Counted from the stretch's first letter, positions 34,118 to 45,431 are shown. The stretch: DNA of 56,783 nt from an uncultured Bacilli bacterium (GCA_947624955.1 CANQMM010000002.1:1-56783), one strand, 5' to 3'. The notes: generated by a model from the letters alone, not told the origin. Translations and numbers: made by a program.

Positions 34118-35740
34118 TTAATCATAAATTACCTCGATATAAGAAGGATATTTCTTTAAAAGTTCCCGAACAAAAAGGGAGGGATTTTTTCGGCTAACAA
34201 TTAAATAGTTAGCGGTCTGCGTTCTAGTTAAAGCCACATAAAAGAGACGGCGTTCTTCATCGAAGGGAAATTGCTCTTTAGTTAAGGTAACATATTTTAA
34301 AAGTTGGGGATTAGTTAGTTGGGAAGGAAAGCCGGTGGGACGATCAGTTAAATTAATCAGAATCACTACCCTACTTTCTAAGCCTTTAGCTTTATGGGCA
34401 GTTAGATAGCGAGCTAAGAATTTACCATCTTTTAAAATACTCCCATCCGGTAGGATTTGATATTCTTTGGGTAAAATCTGAATATCTTGATTATTTCGAC
34501 CAATGACAAATAATTCGTTTACCGATAACTCCTCTAAATATTTAATTAAAGTTTGGGCTTCATTATTAGTGAAGATGATTTTTAGGGGCTTAGGTAGACT
34601 AGTTAAACTTTTTAGTTCTTTAGGAATTTGATGGGGATTTTGCATAACAAAATCGCCGGCAACATTAATTAATTCTTGGGGATTACGATAGGTATTAATA
34701 ATATTCGTCGTACAAGCATAGGGAAAATATTTTTTAAAATTTAAGAATAGACTTAAATCACAACCGGTAAAACGATAAATCGATTGAAAATCATCCCCAA
34801 CAACGAGCAGCTTGGCGTTAGTTTGTTTTATAATACTTTGAATAAGTTTAAAGCGCGTTAAGGATGTATCTTGATATTCATCGATAATAATATATTTAAA
34901 TTTTTTATAGCAATATTCTTTTTGAATAAGTTGGGTAGCGAGATTAATCATATCATTAAAATCTAATTCTTTTTTACTTTTTAATTCTTGTTCATAGAGG
35001 TTATAGATAAGAAATATTAATTTTAATAATTGATGTTGTTGATAAGAAAAATTAGATTGAAAGAAGGTATTAAAATCCGAATACTTAAAGCAATTAGCTT
35101 TAAATAAGTTAATAAAAGTAATAATTAGATTTTGGAGTTCGAGATAAGAGTATTTTTTTAGGAATTTAGCACAATATTGGGAATGCGTAGCAAAAAATTC
35201 CTTTATTAGATATTCTAAAGTATTGGGATGGGCAATGGTGTAGTTAGAGTCATAACATTTGATGATTTCTAAAGCAAGTTTATGAAAAGTGTAAACCTCT
35301 AAATGATAATTATAATATTTTTGTAACTTTTCTTTTAAATTATTAGTTGTATTATTAGTGAAGGAAATACATAGAATATCGGTTTCTTGATAATTTAAAT
35401 AAGCAATTAAGTAACGGATTTTGCCAATCATCGTTAAGGTCTTACCACTACCGGCACCGGCATTGATGAGAAGATAATCTTCATCCATTAGGATGGCTTG
35501 ACGCTGATAAATATCGAGAGAATGACCATTGATATTGGAAAGTAAATAATCGGTTTTGGCAATTTCGGAAGAAAAATAACAAGCATTATATTCCGTAATA
35601 CTTTCATGTAATTCTTTTGCTTTTCGGCGAGATAACCCCCGAGATAGTTTTATTTTAGTTCGTTCATTAATATATTTTATAAGACAATCCCCCTTATGGG
35701 GAAGTAATCTTATTGTAAAGCATTCAAGAAAAAAAGACAA
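34118..35740 (-). CDS. UvrD/Rep-family (helicase IV-like) DNA helicase; start uncertain
   Basis: Motifs NAGAGSGKT, IIIDEYQDTS, VVGDDFQSIYRFTG and HKAKGLE. The track start is a TTG without SD. An in-frame ATA at 35680 is preceded by AAGGGGGA + 7 nt. Confidence 0.7.
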   Translation of the reverse strand: MSFFLECFTIRLLPHKGDCLIKYINERTKIKLSRGLSRRKAKELHESITEYNACYFSSEIAKTDYLLSNINGHSLDIYQRQAILMDEDYLLINAGAGSGKTLTMIGKIRYLIAYLNYQETDILCISFTNNTTNNLKEKLQKYYNYHLEVYTFHKLALEIIKCYDSNYTIAHPNTLEYLIKEFFATHSQYCAKFLKKYSYLELQNLIITFINLFKANCFKYSDFNTFFQSNFSYQQHQLLKLIFLIYNLYEQELKSKKELDFNDMINLATQLIQKEYCYKKFKYIIIDEYQDTSLTRFKLIQSIIKQTNAKLLVVGDDFQSIYRFTGCDLSLFLNFKKYFPYACTTNIINTYRNPQELINVAGDFVMQNPHQIPKELKSLTSLPKPLKIIFTNNEAQTLIKYLEELSVNELFVIGRNNQDIQILPKEYQILPDGSILKDGKFLARYLTAHKAKGLESRVVILINLTDRPTGFPSQLTNPQLLKYVTLTKEQFPFDEERRLFYVALTRTQTANYLIVSRKNPSLFVRELLKKYPSYIEVIYD

Positions 35741-35792
35741 GTTATATGTGCTAGATATTATATATGTTATAATGATATAAAGAAGGGATTAG

Positions 35793-36959
35793 ATGAAATA
35801 TTTAGTTTGGTTTTTATTATTATTAATACCGTTAAATGTATGGGCTTTGGAGATCAATTCGCAAAATGCCGTATTATATAATTTAAATGATGGCGAAATT
35901 CTTTTTGAAAAAGGCAAAGATGAAAAGGTCAAGATTGCGAGTTTGACAAAGATTATGACGGCGATCGTAGCAATCGAAAATATCGATAATTTAAATAAAG
36001 TTGTTCGCGTACCGGAAGAAGGCTTAAGAGGTTTAAGAGAAGCTAATGCTTCGGTAGCCGGATTTAAAGTTAATGATTATGTAACTTACTTAGATTTATT
36101 ATATGCGATGTTATTACCTAGTGGGGCGGATGCCGTGCAAACCCTTACTTACTATATTGCGGGCGGCAATGACGAGTTTGTGCAATTGATGAATGAAAAG
36201 GCCCAAGAATTAGGTCTTCAAAATACCCATTTTGCTAATCCGACAGGATTAAATAGTGATAATCACTACTCGACAGTAGAAGATGTTAGTAAAATGCTTA
36301 GGTATGCATTAGAAAATGAAACGTTTAAAGAAATCTTTACCACAAGAGAATATCGCACTACTAATGGGTTAAAATTAATTAGTACAATGCAAAATTATCA
36401 AAATAAATTTGGGATTGATACGAGCATAATTCTTGGAAGCAAGACAGGATTTACCGATGAGTCCGGTTATTGTTTAGCAAGTATGGCCATTGCTAATGGA
36501 GTTAAATATTTATTAGTTACTACGGGTGCCGATACAACGAGTAATTATCCTTTACACGTTAAAGATGCTATCGATATTTATGAGTATTACATTAATAATT
36601 ATCATTATTTACCAATAACCGAAAAGAACCAAGTATTATATGAAATAAATAGTAAGTATAGTGTGAATAAATATCAAGTAAAAGCTACCGAAAATATCTA
36701 TAAGTATGTTCCGGTGGAGATAGACCAAGAGGATATCGAGTACGAGTATCAAGGAGTCGAGGTAGTTTCCCCATTTACTAAAAAGGGAACAATTGGAAAC
36801 TTAAAAATTATTTTAGATGATGAAGTAATCGAAGAGATGACCGTTAGCTATGATGGCAGTTTAAAATTTTCTTGGAAGGTTTTCTTCTTTCATAATATCA
36901 TTTATGTAATTTTAGCCCTAGCCGGGATTTTGTTAATTAGAAGATTGTTAAAACGATAA
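35793..36959 (+). CDS. D-alanyl-D-alanine carboxypeptidase (PBP5-type)
   Basis: Signal peptide, SxxK (ASLTK), KTG (SKTGFT), and a C-terminal membrane anchor. Confidence 0.85.
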   Translation: MKYLVWFLLLLIPLNVWALEINSQNAVLYNLNDGEILFEKGKDEKVKIASLTKIMTAIVAIENIDNLNKVVRVPEEGLRGLREANASVAGFKVNDYVTYLDLLYAMLLPSGADAVQTLTYYIAGGNDEFVQLMNEKAQELGLQNTHFANPTGLNSDNHYSTVEDVSKMLRYALENETFKEIFTTREYRTTNGLKLISTMQNYQNKFGIDTSIILGSKTGFTDESGYCLASMAIANGVKYLLVTTGADTTSNYPLHVKDAIDIYEYYINNYHYLPITEKNQVLYEINSKYSVNKYQVKATENIYKYVPVEIDQEDIEYEYQGVEVVSPFTKKGTIGNLKIILDDEVIEEMTVSYDGSLKFSWKVFFFHNIIYVILALAGILLIRRLLKR

Positions 36960-36998
36960 ATTTATAGTACAATAATAACAGAATATGGGTGGTCAAGT

Positions 36999-39347
36999 GT
37001 GAATACATTAAGTGATTTAGAATTAAAGAAAATCGATGCGTATTTTAGGGCAGCTAATTATTTAACGGCAGGTCAGTTATACTTGTTAGATAATCCGTTA
37101 CTTAAAAGACCTTTAAAAGAAGAGGACATTAAAAAGAAAATCGTCGGGCATTGGGGAACTTGTCCGGGACAGAATTTTGTTTATGTCCATTTAAATAGGA
37201 TTATTAAAAAGTATGATTTAAATATGATATATGTATCAGGTCCAGGTCATGGCGGGAATGCGATTGTCGCAAATACCTACTTAGAGCACACTTATAGTGA
37301 AGTTTATCCGAATATCACTTATGATGAAGCCGGATTAAAGAAATTATTTAAACAGTTTTCTTTTCCGGGAGGCATACCTAGTCACGTTGCTCCGGAGACT
37401 CCGGGGAGTATCAATGAAGGTGGCGAACTCGGTTATAGTCTAGCACACGCATTTGGGGCGGTATTTGATAATCCGGATTTAATTGCCACTTGTGTAGTTG
37501 GGGATGGTGAAGCCGAAACCGGTCCTTTAGCAACATCTTGGCATTCAAATAAGTTCTTAAATCCGATTACTGATGGTGTGGTCTTACCTATTTTACATTT
37601 AAATGGTTATAAGATAAGTAATCCGACTATATTTTCCCGAATTAGTGAAGAAGAAATTGCCGATTTCTTTAAAGGATGCGGTTGGAAGCCTTATTTTGTC
37701 GAAGGCGATTATCCTTTACAAATGCACGAGTTGATGGCAAGTACACTAGATAAAATCATTGAAGAAATTAAAGATATCAAAGAAAATGCTAAGAGAAATA
37801 ATGATGCAACAAGACCTCGATGGCCGATGATTATCTTGCGAACTCCAAAAGGATGGACAGGACCTAAAGAAGTCGATGGGAAAGAAATCGAAAATACTTT
37901 TAGAGCCCATCAAGTACCAATAATGATGGATAAAGAAGAACATTTAGCTATTTTAGAAAAATGGCTTAGAAGCTATCGTCCGGAAGAATTATTTGATGAA
38001 AATGGAACGTTAATTAAAGAATTACAAGAACTTGCGCCGACCGGAGAGCGAAGAATGGGCGCTAATCCGCACGCGAATGGGGGAAAATTACTAAAGGAAT
38101 TAAAGACTCCGGATTTTAAAGATTATGCCGTTAAGGTAGATTATCCCGGTAGTGTTGAAGCGCAGGATATGTTAGTACTTGGGGAATATTTGCGAGATGT
38201 CATCAAACTTAATGATGAAGAGAAAAATTTCCGGATATTTGGACCGGATGAGACGATGAGCAATCGTTTAAGTAAAGTATTTGAAACGACTACACGAGTT
38301 TGGAATGCCCAAAAATTAGATAGTGATGAGTTTTTAAATACGAGTGGACGAGTTATGGACTCGATGCTTAGTGAACATTTATGTGAAGGATGGTTAGAGG
38401 GTTATCTACTAACCGGACGTCACGGAATATTTGCTAGTTATGAAGCTTTCATTCGAATTATCGATTCGATGTTTGCCCAACACGCAAAATGGTTAAAGGT
38501 GACAAGAGAATTACCGTGGCGGAAAGATATTGCTTCTTTAAACTATATTTTAACGAGTAATGTCTGGCAACAAGACCATAATGGTTTTACCCATCAAGAC
38601 CCCGGATTTTTAGATCACGTAGCCAATAAGAAAGCAGATATAGTCAGAATGTATTTACCACCGGACGCCAACTGCCTACTTTCTTGTGCGGACCATTGTA
38701 TTAAAACGAAGAATTATGTCAATGTAATTGTCGCTTCGAAACATCCAAGACCACAATGGCTTTCTATGAAGCAAGCAGTTAAGCATTGTACATTGGGACT
38801 TAGTATTTGGGATTTTGCTAGTAGTGACCAAAATGACGAACCGGATGTCATTTTAGTAAGTTGTGGGGATACACCAACGTTAGAAATGATGGCAACGGAA
38901 AGTATTCTAAGAAATAATACGGATATTAAAATTCGCTTTATCAATGTAGTTGACTTATTTAAATTACAACCTAAAACTCGCCATCCACACGGTTTAAGTG
39001 ATGCGGAATTTGATACTTTATTTACGAAAGATAAACCAATTATCTTCGCCTTCCACGGTTACCCTACCCTAATCCACGAACTCCTCTATGAAAGGCATAA
39101 TAAAAATATTAGTGTGCACGGCTACCTAGAGGAAGGAACGATTACTACACCATTTGACATGCGGGTACAAAATGAGATTGATAGATTTCATTTAGTTAAA
39201 GATGTAATTAGAATGTGTCCAAAATTACAAGAACACGCGGCTTATTTAAATCAAATGATGGATGAATTATTAATTAAACACGAAGCTTATATAAGAGAAT
39301 ATGGTATCGATATGCCGGAAGTTAGAGACTTTAAGTGGACTAAATAA
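36999..39347 (+). CDS. xfp: xylulose-5-P/fructose-6-P phosphoketolase
   Basis: 782 aa. Motifs [27 protein letters not shown] and [20 protein letters not shown] start. Confidence 0.9.
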   Translation: MNTLSDLELKKIDAYFRAANYLTAGQLYLLDNPLLKRPLKEEDIKKKIVGHWGTCPGQNFVYVHLNRIIKKYDLNMIYVSGPGHGGNAIVANTYLEHTYSEVYPNITYDEAGLKKLFKQFSFPGGIPSHVAPETPGSINEGGELGYSLAHAFGAVFDNPDLIATCVVGDGEAETGPLATSWHSNKFLNPITDGVVLPILHLNGYKISNPTIFSRISEEEIADFFKGCGWKPYFVEGDYPLQMHELMASTLDKIIEEIKDIKENAKRNNDATRPRWPMIILRTPKGWTGPKEVDGKEIENTFRAHQVPIMMDKEEHLAILEKWLRSYRPEELFDENGTLIKELQELAPTGERRMGANPHANGGKLLKELKTPDFKDYAVKVDYPGSVEAQDMLVLGEYLRDVIKLNDEEKNFRIFGPDETMSNRLSKVFETTTRVWNAQKLDSDEFLNTSGRVMDSMLSEHLCEGWLEGYLLTGRHGIFASYEAFIRIIDSMFAQHAKWLKVTRELPWRKDIASLNYILTSNVWQQDHNGFTHQDPGFLDHVANKKADIVRMYLPPDANCLLSCADHCIKTKNYVNVIVASKHPRPQWLSMKQAVKHCTLGLSIWDFASSDQNDEPDVILVSCGDTPTLEMMATESILRNNTDIKIRFINVVDLFKLQPKTRHPHGLSDAEFDTLFTKDKPIIFAFHGYPTLIHELLYERHNKNISVHGYLEEGTITTPFDMRVQNEIDRFHLVKDVIRMCPKLQEHAAYLNQMMDELLIKHEAYIREYGIDMPEVRDFKWTK

Positions 39348-39370
39348 AATCACTCGAGATGAGTGATTTT
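39346..39370. terminator. bidirectional intrinsic terminator
   Basis: AAAATCACTC-gagat-GAGTGATTTT lies between convergent genes and overlaps both stops. Confidence 0.65.
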
Positions 39371-39863
39371 AATATACTTTGAAGATTGGAAAATTTAGCG
39401 GATTATATGATAAGTAAGTAAATAAGATAATGAGAGCAATAAAGATTACGAAAGAGATGCGTTCTAATTTAATATTGTATGGTTTTTTCAAGATGTAGTA
39501 TCCAAGCCACTGCGCTAAAGCAATCGAGATAGTAAATATTAAAATAGTCAGTGGTAAATTATCTTGCATCTTTAAAATATAGAAATAAACGGGTGTAAAA
39601 ATCAAGTCGACAATAACCATACAAGCAATACTAGATAGAAGATTAGTAAAGACTAAATTATATGTTTGTTTAGGATAGATAAAATGAGCAATAACCGTCC
39701 ATAAGATATAAGCACTCAAAATCATCTTGTTATGTTCCCAAATACTTTCATTTACCGGAGCGATGATGCTCGTTAAAAATGAAGGAGCTAGTTTATAGAG
39801 AGAATGCAATAAAGTACTTAAAATAAGAATCGCAAATACACCAATAATTTGTTTTTTCTTCAT
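39369..39863 (-). CDS. hypothetical integral membrane protein (about 5 TM)
   Basis: 164-aa hydrophobic ORF with a GGTGG-type SD. No family confidently recognised. Confidence 0.5.
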   Translation of the reverse strand: MKKKQIIGVFAILILSTLLHSLYKLAPSFLTSIIAPVNESIWEHNKMILSAYILWTVIAHFIYPKQTYNLVFTNLLSSIACMVIVDLIFTPVYFYILKMQDNLPLTILIFTISIALAQWLGYYILKKPYNIKLERISFVIFIALIILFTYLSYNPLNFPIFKVY

Positions 39864-39907
39864 ACAACCACCTATTATTAGTGTATTGTTAATAGTTATA
39901 AATATGC

Positions 39908-42900
39908 TTATAATTTTTTGATTTCATCTTGTAAAATAGAATATAAATAGATATTAACTTTTTTATTAGTTAGTTTAGTAATATATTTTTGGTAACCGGC
40001 AAGTTGCGAAAGATATTTTTCGTCATCAATATTATTTAATTTATAATCGATAATATCGATATAGTCAGGATATTCTAATAGTAAGTCGATGATACCGTGC
40101 ATCGTCGTGTTATCTTCTTCATAGATAAATTCATATTCGTGATATATTTTAGCTTCTTGGATGTTAGATAAAAGTGGTTGTTTTAAGAAATTGGTTACTT
40201 TGGCCCGTACTAGGGAGTCAGGTATTAATTCGGGATTAAAATGTTGAAAATCTAAGTACTCTAAGATAGCGTGAATTTTTAAACCGAGATTAAGATTATC
40301 TTTAGTTTCCTTAGTAATCGGTGTGGTAATCTTTTTCGAAAAACTAGTTTCATTAACTTCTTCCATAGGAAGATTAAGCTCTTGAACCTCTAATTTACTT
40401 GAACTTGCGGCTTCTATCTCTAAAGGTTTTAGAGAATATAGATAATCTTTAGTTAGGGATAAACTTGATATATTTACCGGAGTAATATAAGGTTTTAGTG
40501 TGGGATAGATAGAATATAGAATGTCCGCAAAAGAATGATATTTAAGACGAGTGACATAATTTATGACTAAGTCCGATGAACTATAAGGCGTTTTAGAAGG
40601 AGCCGGTAAAAGGATAATCATCGCTTCTCTTGCTCTAGTTAACCCAACATAAAACAAACGTATTTTTTCGGAGATTTCTTCTTGATTATAATTATTTTTA
40701 ACTAATTCGCGAGTAATTAAGTCGGCAATGCCTTCTTTAAAAATAGGAACAACAATGCCATACTTTGAATTATAGAGAAATTTATCTTTAATATCCGCGA
40801 TATTAAACTTTTTAGCTAAGCCACTAAAATAACAGATAGGAAACTCTAAACCTTTAGATTTATGAATAGTCATAATTTTAACCGCATCAGAACTTAGATT
40901 GCTAGTTTGATATTTGAGATTTAATTCTTCAGTACTAATAGTTTCTAAATAAGTAATAAATTCCGTAATCGTATAGCCATTACTTGCGAGTTCTTTAGCA
41001 TAAGTCAATAATTTATTAACCCGGGCAATATTAGCTTCAATCTCCCCTATTTTAATAATTTGTTGATAATAATTGGTCTTTGTAATTACCGCTTCTAATA
41101 TTTGGTTAACAGTTAACTCATTTAGATTATGAGCAAGGTTACTAAAACAAGTGAAGATAGGATTATGATAGAAATCATTGGTTTGATACCACTTAAATAT
41201 CTGATCATCCGGAATTTCATAAAGGAAACTACGAGCAACAGACGTTAAACAATAACGAAATTCGGTATCGAAATTTTTTGTAGATATTTTATTAAGTAAG
41301 ATAAGAGCATTTTTAATAATTAAAATCACAATCGCATCTGTTAAGTTTTCATCTTTGTAGATTGTTAAAGGTATATGGAGATATTCAAATATCTGTTTAT
41401 ATAAATCAAAGTTAGTCGCTCGGTCCATTAAAATAGCAAAATCACTATAACTAAGCGGCCGTAATTGTTTGATATCTTTATCATATACTTGGTAGTTATT
41501 TTGAATTTTGTCTTGGATATCTTTAGCAATAGTAAATATTTCAATTTCCGCATCGGTATAATCAGGATTTGGTTCATAAGTTTTAATTTGCATATTATAG
41601 TTAGTATTAGGTAATAGTTGGGTATCATAATCTAAATTACCATAGACCATTTGATGCGATGTTAAATAGTCAGCACCACCGATTAAATCATCCATTACGC
41701 GATTAAAGATTAAATTAATATTCGATAGGACTTCCTTTCTGGAGCGGAAATTCTTTAATAAATCGATTTTACATCCCAAATGATTTTGACTGTATTCAGA
41801 ATATTTATTTTTAAAGATATAAGGATTAGCATTACGAAAACGATAAATAGATTGTTTTATATCCCCGACCATATAAACATTATTATGCGCGATATAACTA
41901 ATAAAAGTTTCTTGGATATCATTAGTATCTTGATATTCATCAATCATTATTTCGTGAAAAGCATTAGTTAATTCTTCGCGAGCGCTAGGAAAATCCCGAA
42001 CGATTTGGATAGCTAAAAGAGCGATATCTTGGAAGTCATATACTTCGTTAGTAGTTTTATATTCTTGGAGCTTTTGGAAATATTCCGTTAAAATATCGAT
42101 GATAACCATAGTTATTTCTTGAGCATCTAAAAGATCTTTTTTAATATCGAGTAAACTACCGTAATCGGTTAACTCTTTAAAAGGTTTAATAAGAGGAGAT
42201 AAGATGGTTTCTTTATACTCTTTTACTTCATCAGAACTATTCCGTGGAAGAGGTGGTAACTTAAAGCTTGCGGCCGCGATTAAATCATTTAGATTAGAAG
42301 CATTTAATAAAGGAATAATACTCGCTTTTAGCTTATGATAATAATCGGCAGGTACCAAGTATTGAAAGTTATCGATACTCAAAGAAATCTCCGCGACTTT
42401 ATCTTGTAGAAGGTGAAAGTATTCATTTATTAAGTCATCGAGATGTTTTTCTTGATAAAAGTTGGCAATATAAGTGGCTAAATACTCTTCTTTATTAGGT
42501 AAGAGTTCTAAAGAAGAAGCAATTTTAAGAAGCGATTTAATAAGGGTTTTATCATCTTTAACACAGAAATTATTGATTAAATTACTAAAAGCGGAAGTAG
42601 GATTTTCATAATAGTGATTAAATACTTCGTCCATTATTTCTTGTTTTTTAATTGTAATGATTGACTCATCAGTAATAGCAATGTCAGAAGAGATATTTAA
42701 AAGATAGTGATATTTTTTAACTACCGACAAAGCAAAACTATCGAAAGTGGTAATATAAGCGGCATCGATTAGTTCAAGTTCGTCTTTAAGTTGGGAATGT
42801 TCTTTAATATTTTTCCGAATACGGTCTTTCATTTCTTGGGCAGCAGCATTAGTAAAGGTTAAGATAAGAAGCTGATTGATGTGGATACCTTCTTGTAATA

Positions 42901-43018
42901 AACGAAGAACTCGCGAACTTAAAACCGCTGTCTTACCACTACCGGCACCGGCACTCACTATAATATTAGAACCGGATAAATCGATGGCTTGTTGTTGTTC
43001 TTTAGTCCATTTTGGCAT
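39908..43018 (-). CDS. addA: ATP-dependent helicase/nuclease subunit A (AddA-like, compact)
   Basis: Motifs SAGAGSGKT, IDEYQDTN and VGDIKQSIYRFR, plus a C-terminal RecB-type nuclease GIIDLL ... IIDYK. ATG at 43018 (MPKWTKEQQ) overlaps the addB end. Confidence 0.8.
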   Translation of the reverse strand: MPKWTKEQQQAIDLSGSNIIVSAGAGSGKTAVLSSRVLRLLQEGIHINQLLILTFTNAAAQEMKDRIRKNIKEHSQLKDELELIDAAYITTFDSFALSVVKKYHYLLNISSDIAITDESIITIKKQEIMDEVFNHYYENPTSAFSNLINNFCVKDDKTLIKSLLKIASSLELLPNKEEYLATYIANFYQEKHLDDLINEYFHLLQDKVAEISLSIDNFQYLVPADYYHKLKASIIPLLNASNLNDLIAAASFKLPPLPRNSSDEVKEYKETILSPLIKPFKELTDYGSLLDIKKDLLDAQEITMVIIDILTEYFQKLQEYKTTNEVYDFQDIALLAIQIVRDFPSAREELTNAFHEIMIDEYQDTNDIQETFISYIAHNNVYMVGDIKQSIYRFRNANPYIFKNKYSEYSQNHLGCKIDLLKNFRSRKEVLSNINLIFNRVMDDLIGGADYLTSHQMVYGNLDYDTQLLPNTNYNMQIKTYEPNPDYTDAEIEIFTIAKDIQDKIQNNYQVYDKDIKQLRPLSYSDFAILMDRATNFDLYKQIFEYLHIPLTIYKDENLTDAIVILIIKNALILLNKISTKNFDTEFRYCLTSVARSFLYEIPDDQIFKWYQTNDFYHNPIFTCFSNLAHNLNELTVNQILEAVITKTNYYQQIIKIGEIEANIARVNKLLTYAKELASNGYTITEFITYLETISTEELNLKYQTSNLSSDAVKIMTIHKSKGLEFPICYFSGLAKKFNIADIKDKFLYNSKYGIVVPIFKEGIADLITRELVKNNYNQEEISEKIRLFYVGLTRAREAMIILLPAPSKTPYSSSDLVINYVTRLKYHSFADILYSIYPTLKPYITPVNISSLSLTKDYLYSLKPLEIEAASSSKLEVQELNLPMEEVNETSFSKKITTPITKETKDNLNLGLKIHAILEYLDFQHFNPELIPDSLVRAKVTNFLKQPLLSNIQEAKIYHEYEFIYEEDNTTMHGIIDLLLEYPDYIDIIDYKLNNIDDEKYLSQLAGYQKYITKLTNKKVNIYLYSILQDEIKKL

Positions 43019-45356
43019 TCTTCTCACCTTCTTTCAAAAATTCGAGATTTTTATATTCTTGTAATTTTAAGATATTTTCTTCTTTGCGAAAGCAGATATC
43101 TTTAAATTCACAGAAAGCACAACCGTGGTTAATCTTCCCTATTTGTTTAGGATTAATGGCAAAGTCAGCATTGGTGATATTAGCAATAGCATTATCGATT
43201 TTTTGAGAAACTAAGTCGATTAATCTGTCCATCGTTTTTGAATCGAGTACTTTAGAGTATTTATAAAAACCGGTAGCTGAGGTTTTTAAACCACGAATAA
43301 TCTGCGAGTCTTGATAATTATTATCAAACCTTTGTAAGATAGAGGTATCGGCATTGCTATAGCCCTGAAGAAGCAGATTTTTAGTCTTTAATTCTTCATA
43401 AGTATGGTTATGGTCATTTAATATTTCATTATTTAAGATTTTTTGGAGATAAAAGCCCGCTACTTTAACATTTTTTAATTTATTGGAATGCTTGGCTAAA
43501 AATAAGTAAACCGGGAGTTGCATTTCAATACCATAATAACTATGGTTAAGGTTTAGTTCGGGATTTCCGGTTTTATAATCGATGATGGCAATGACCGTAG
43601 CATCATCGTACTCGTGATATTTGACTTTATCGATAAAACCTTTAAAAGTTATTTTGATATTGCCGGCATAATTGATAACAATCTTTTCTTCGTGAAGTTC
43701 ACTATCTAGTTCGCTATACATATTTTGGTCATTAATCGTCGCAATAATAAAGCGCAATTCTTCTTTTAGTTTTTTTAAGAAGAACTCTTCTTTTTTGCTG
43801 TAAGTATCTTTAGCGTGCCGAAGGGCATCATCCCATAAAGTATCAAAGGGAGTTTCCGCGATAAAGGATTTTTCTAAGACTTCGTGGAAGATTATCCCGA
43901 TCGTTTGCATAAAAGTATCTTCATAAATATTGAGTTTTAAGATGTTATTAAGATAATAGCGAAAACTACAACGGTAATAAGTATCCATACTGGAATAAGA
44001 TAAAGTAAGACCATCTTGTAGATAACTAGCTAAGTCACTAGCTAAGATTTGTTTGTAGCTATTATCATAAGTATTGTAAGGTAAGTCGGGATAGTTACTA
44101 CTTAAAAGGTCTTGATAAGGATTAGTTATCCCATATTTATGGAAATTATCGTAGGACTTAGCAAGATAGAGTTCATTATATAAATGCGAGTTAGTAAAGT
44201 TATCATTGATTACTTTAGTTAGGGGATAATTTAATTCTTCGTTAAGACTAGATAAATAACAAGGATTGCCTTCATAAGTTTCTTTGGTTGTAATAAAGAC
44301 ATTTTGCGTACTAATAATCTTTTGGTAGGCATTAATTCTTTCAATTTTATTAAGTTCGTGACAATCTAGTAAACCTAGTTCGGTTAGTTCGCTATTATTT
44401 AAAAACTCTTCATCTTTATGAATACGGGGAATGCTTCCTTGATTAAAATTAAGTAAAAAGACATACTCATCATCTTGAATATTTAAAGAGTTAAAGTTAC
44501 ATTCGGTAACAGCATTTTTAAGAGGTTTATTTTTAAGATAAGTATTTTTTAAATCACTAATAATTAGGGGTTTAATCTCTTCTAAATTGGGAATAGAGAT
44601 ATATTGATTATAGAGATTAATGAGTTCCTCATTAAGGGGATTAGCTTCTTGGAAGACGCTTGTAGGGTCAGCTAAATTTTCGAGAAACTTTTGAGCAGGT
44701 ACAGTACCAAAAAGACTATTTTTTTCTAGAAGATTATAAGGAATTTTAAAAATCGTAAATAAACGTTTAATAATTGGATAGTAATCTTCGGTTAAATTAG
44801 TTAAATAGATTTTATTAATAGCGATACCGGATTTTATTAGTTCAATTATTTTATTAGCAACAAAGGTTACTTCTTCTTCGATGGTAGGTAAAGAATAAAT
44901 ATTGTGGATAAATTGGTTTTGACTAACAGTTTTTTCTTCTTCGACATCGGTAATAGATTTTAGATAAGTAAGCAATTTAGATTTATCTTGACTAGTAAAG
45001 TCCCCATAAAATATAACGGTATTATTTTTTAGAAAATCTGGGAATAAAGGATTAATTATGAGGAGATTATGATTTAGTAAATCTTGTTTAATCTTAACTA
45101 AGAAATTTAATTTTGAACTTTGATATGTTTTATCTTCAATATAATAAAGATTAGCTAAATAGATTTTAGCAACTTGATAATTAAGATGATATTTATTCAT
45201 CAAGTATAATAGTGTTTGGATATCATAATCATAAAACAATTCTTTTTTAAATTCTTTTAAGGTATAAAATTTATGAGGTTGTAAGGGTTGCTTACTGAGT
45301 TTTTTGATTAAGTCTTGCTTATTATTCTCGACAAGATATATTTTTTGATTATGCAT
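43002..45356 (-). CDS. addB: helicase/nuclease subunit B (AddB/RexB-like, compact, no Walker A seen)
   Basis: C-terminal nuclease motif GFIDKV ... IIDYKTG flanked by Cys (YYRCSF and GCAFCEFKDIC = C-x2-C-x5-C). It sits directly upstream of addA. Confidence 0.7.
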   Translation of the reverse strand: MHNQKIYLVENNKQDLIKKLSKQPLQPHKFYTLKEFKKELFYDYDIQTLLYLMNKYHLNYQVAKIYLANLYYIEDKTYQSSKLNFLVKIKQDLLNHNLLIINPLFPDFLKNNTVIFYGDFTSQDKSKLLTYLKSITDVEEEKTVSQNQFIHNIYSLPTIEEEVTFVANKIIELIKSGIAINKIYLTNLTEDYYPIIKRLFTIFKIPYNLLEKNSLFGTVPAQKFLENLADPTSVFQEANPLNEELINLYNQYISIPNLEEIKPLIISDLKNTYLKNKPLKNAVTECNFNSLNIQDDEYVFLLNFNQGSIPRIHKDEEFLNNSELTELGLLDCHELNKIERINAYQKIISTQNVFITTKETYEGNPCYLSSLNEELNYPLTKVINDNFTNSHLYNELYLAKSYDNFHKYGITNPYQDLLSSNYPDLPYNTYDNSYKQILASDLASYLQDGLTLSYSSMDTYYRCSFRYYLNNILKLNIYEDTFMQTIGIIFHEVLEKSFIAETPFDTLWDDALRHAKDTYSKKEEFFLKKLKEELRFIIATINDQNMYSELDSELHEEKIVINYAGNIKITFKGFIDKVKYHEYDDATVIAIIDYKTGNPELNLNHSYYGIEMQLPVYLFLAKHSNKLKNVKVAGFYLQKILNNEILNDHNHTYEELKTKNLLLQGYSNADTSILQRFDNNYQDSQIIRGLKTSATGFYKYSKVLDSKTMDRLIDLVSQKIDNAIANITNADFAINPKQIGKINHGCAFCEFKDICFRKEENILKLQEYKNLEFLKEGEKNAKMD

Positions 45357-45431
45357 AATACCACCTACTAGCTAAATATATTTTATCATAGTTTTTCAAT
45401 AATAAAAAAATATCTTTTGGGAAGATATTGG

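Noticed and set aside
29405-35740. Stand-alone AAA/ABC-like ATPase (29405..30136) and UvrD-like helicase (34118..35740) as parts of an anti-phage defence island
   Set aside because: No adjacent nuclease, TOPRIM, methylase, TIR, Sir2 or other effector-type partner could be recognised. The neighbours are YjbR, membrane proteins and a GDPD.
15042-41971. Assorted short nested ORFs: 15042..15227, 15167..15442, 16612..16845, 26410..26700, 27468..27659, 27799..27987, 29232..29462, 31949..32134, 32917..33232, 37746..37943, 38714..38944, 41428..41628, 41780..41971. Also, outside this span, 43012..43206, 46571..46873 and 51782..51988
   Set aside because: Each lies wholly inside or antisense to a longer, motif-supported gene. 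None has a convincing ribosome-binding site.
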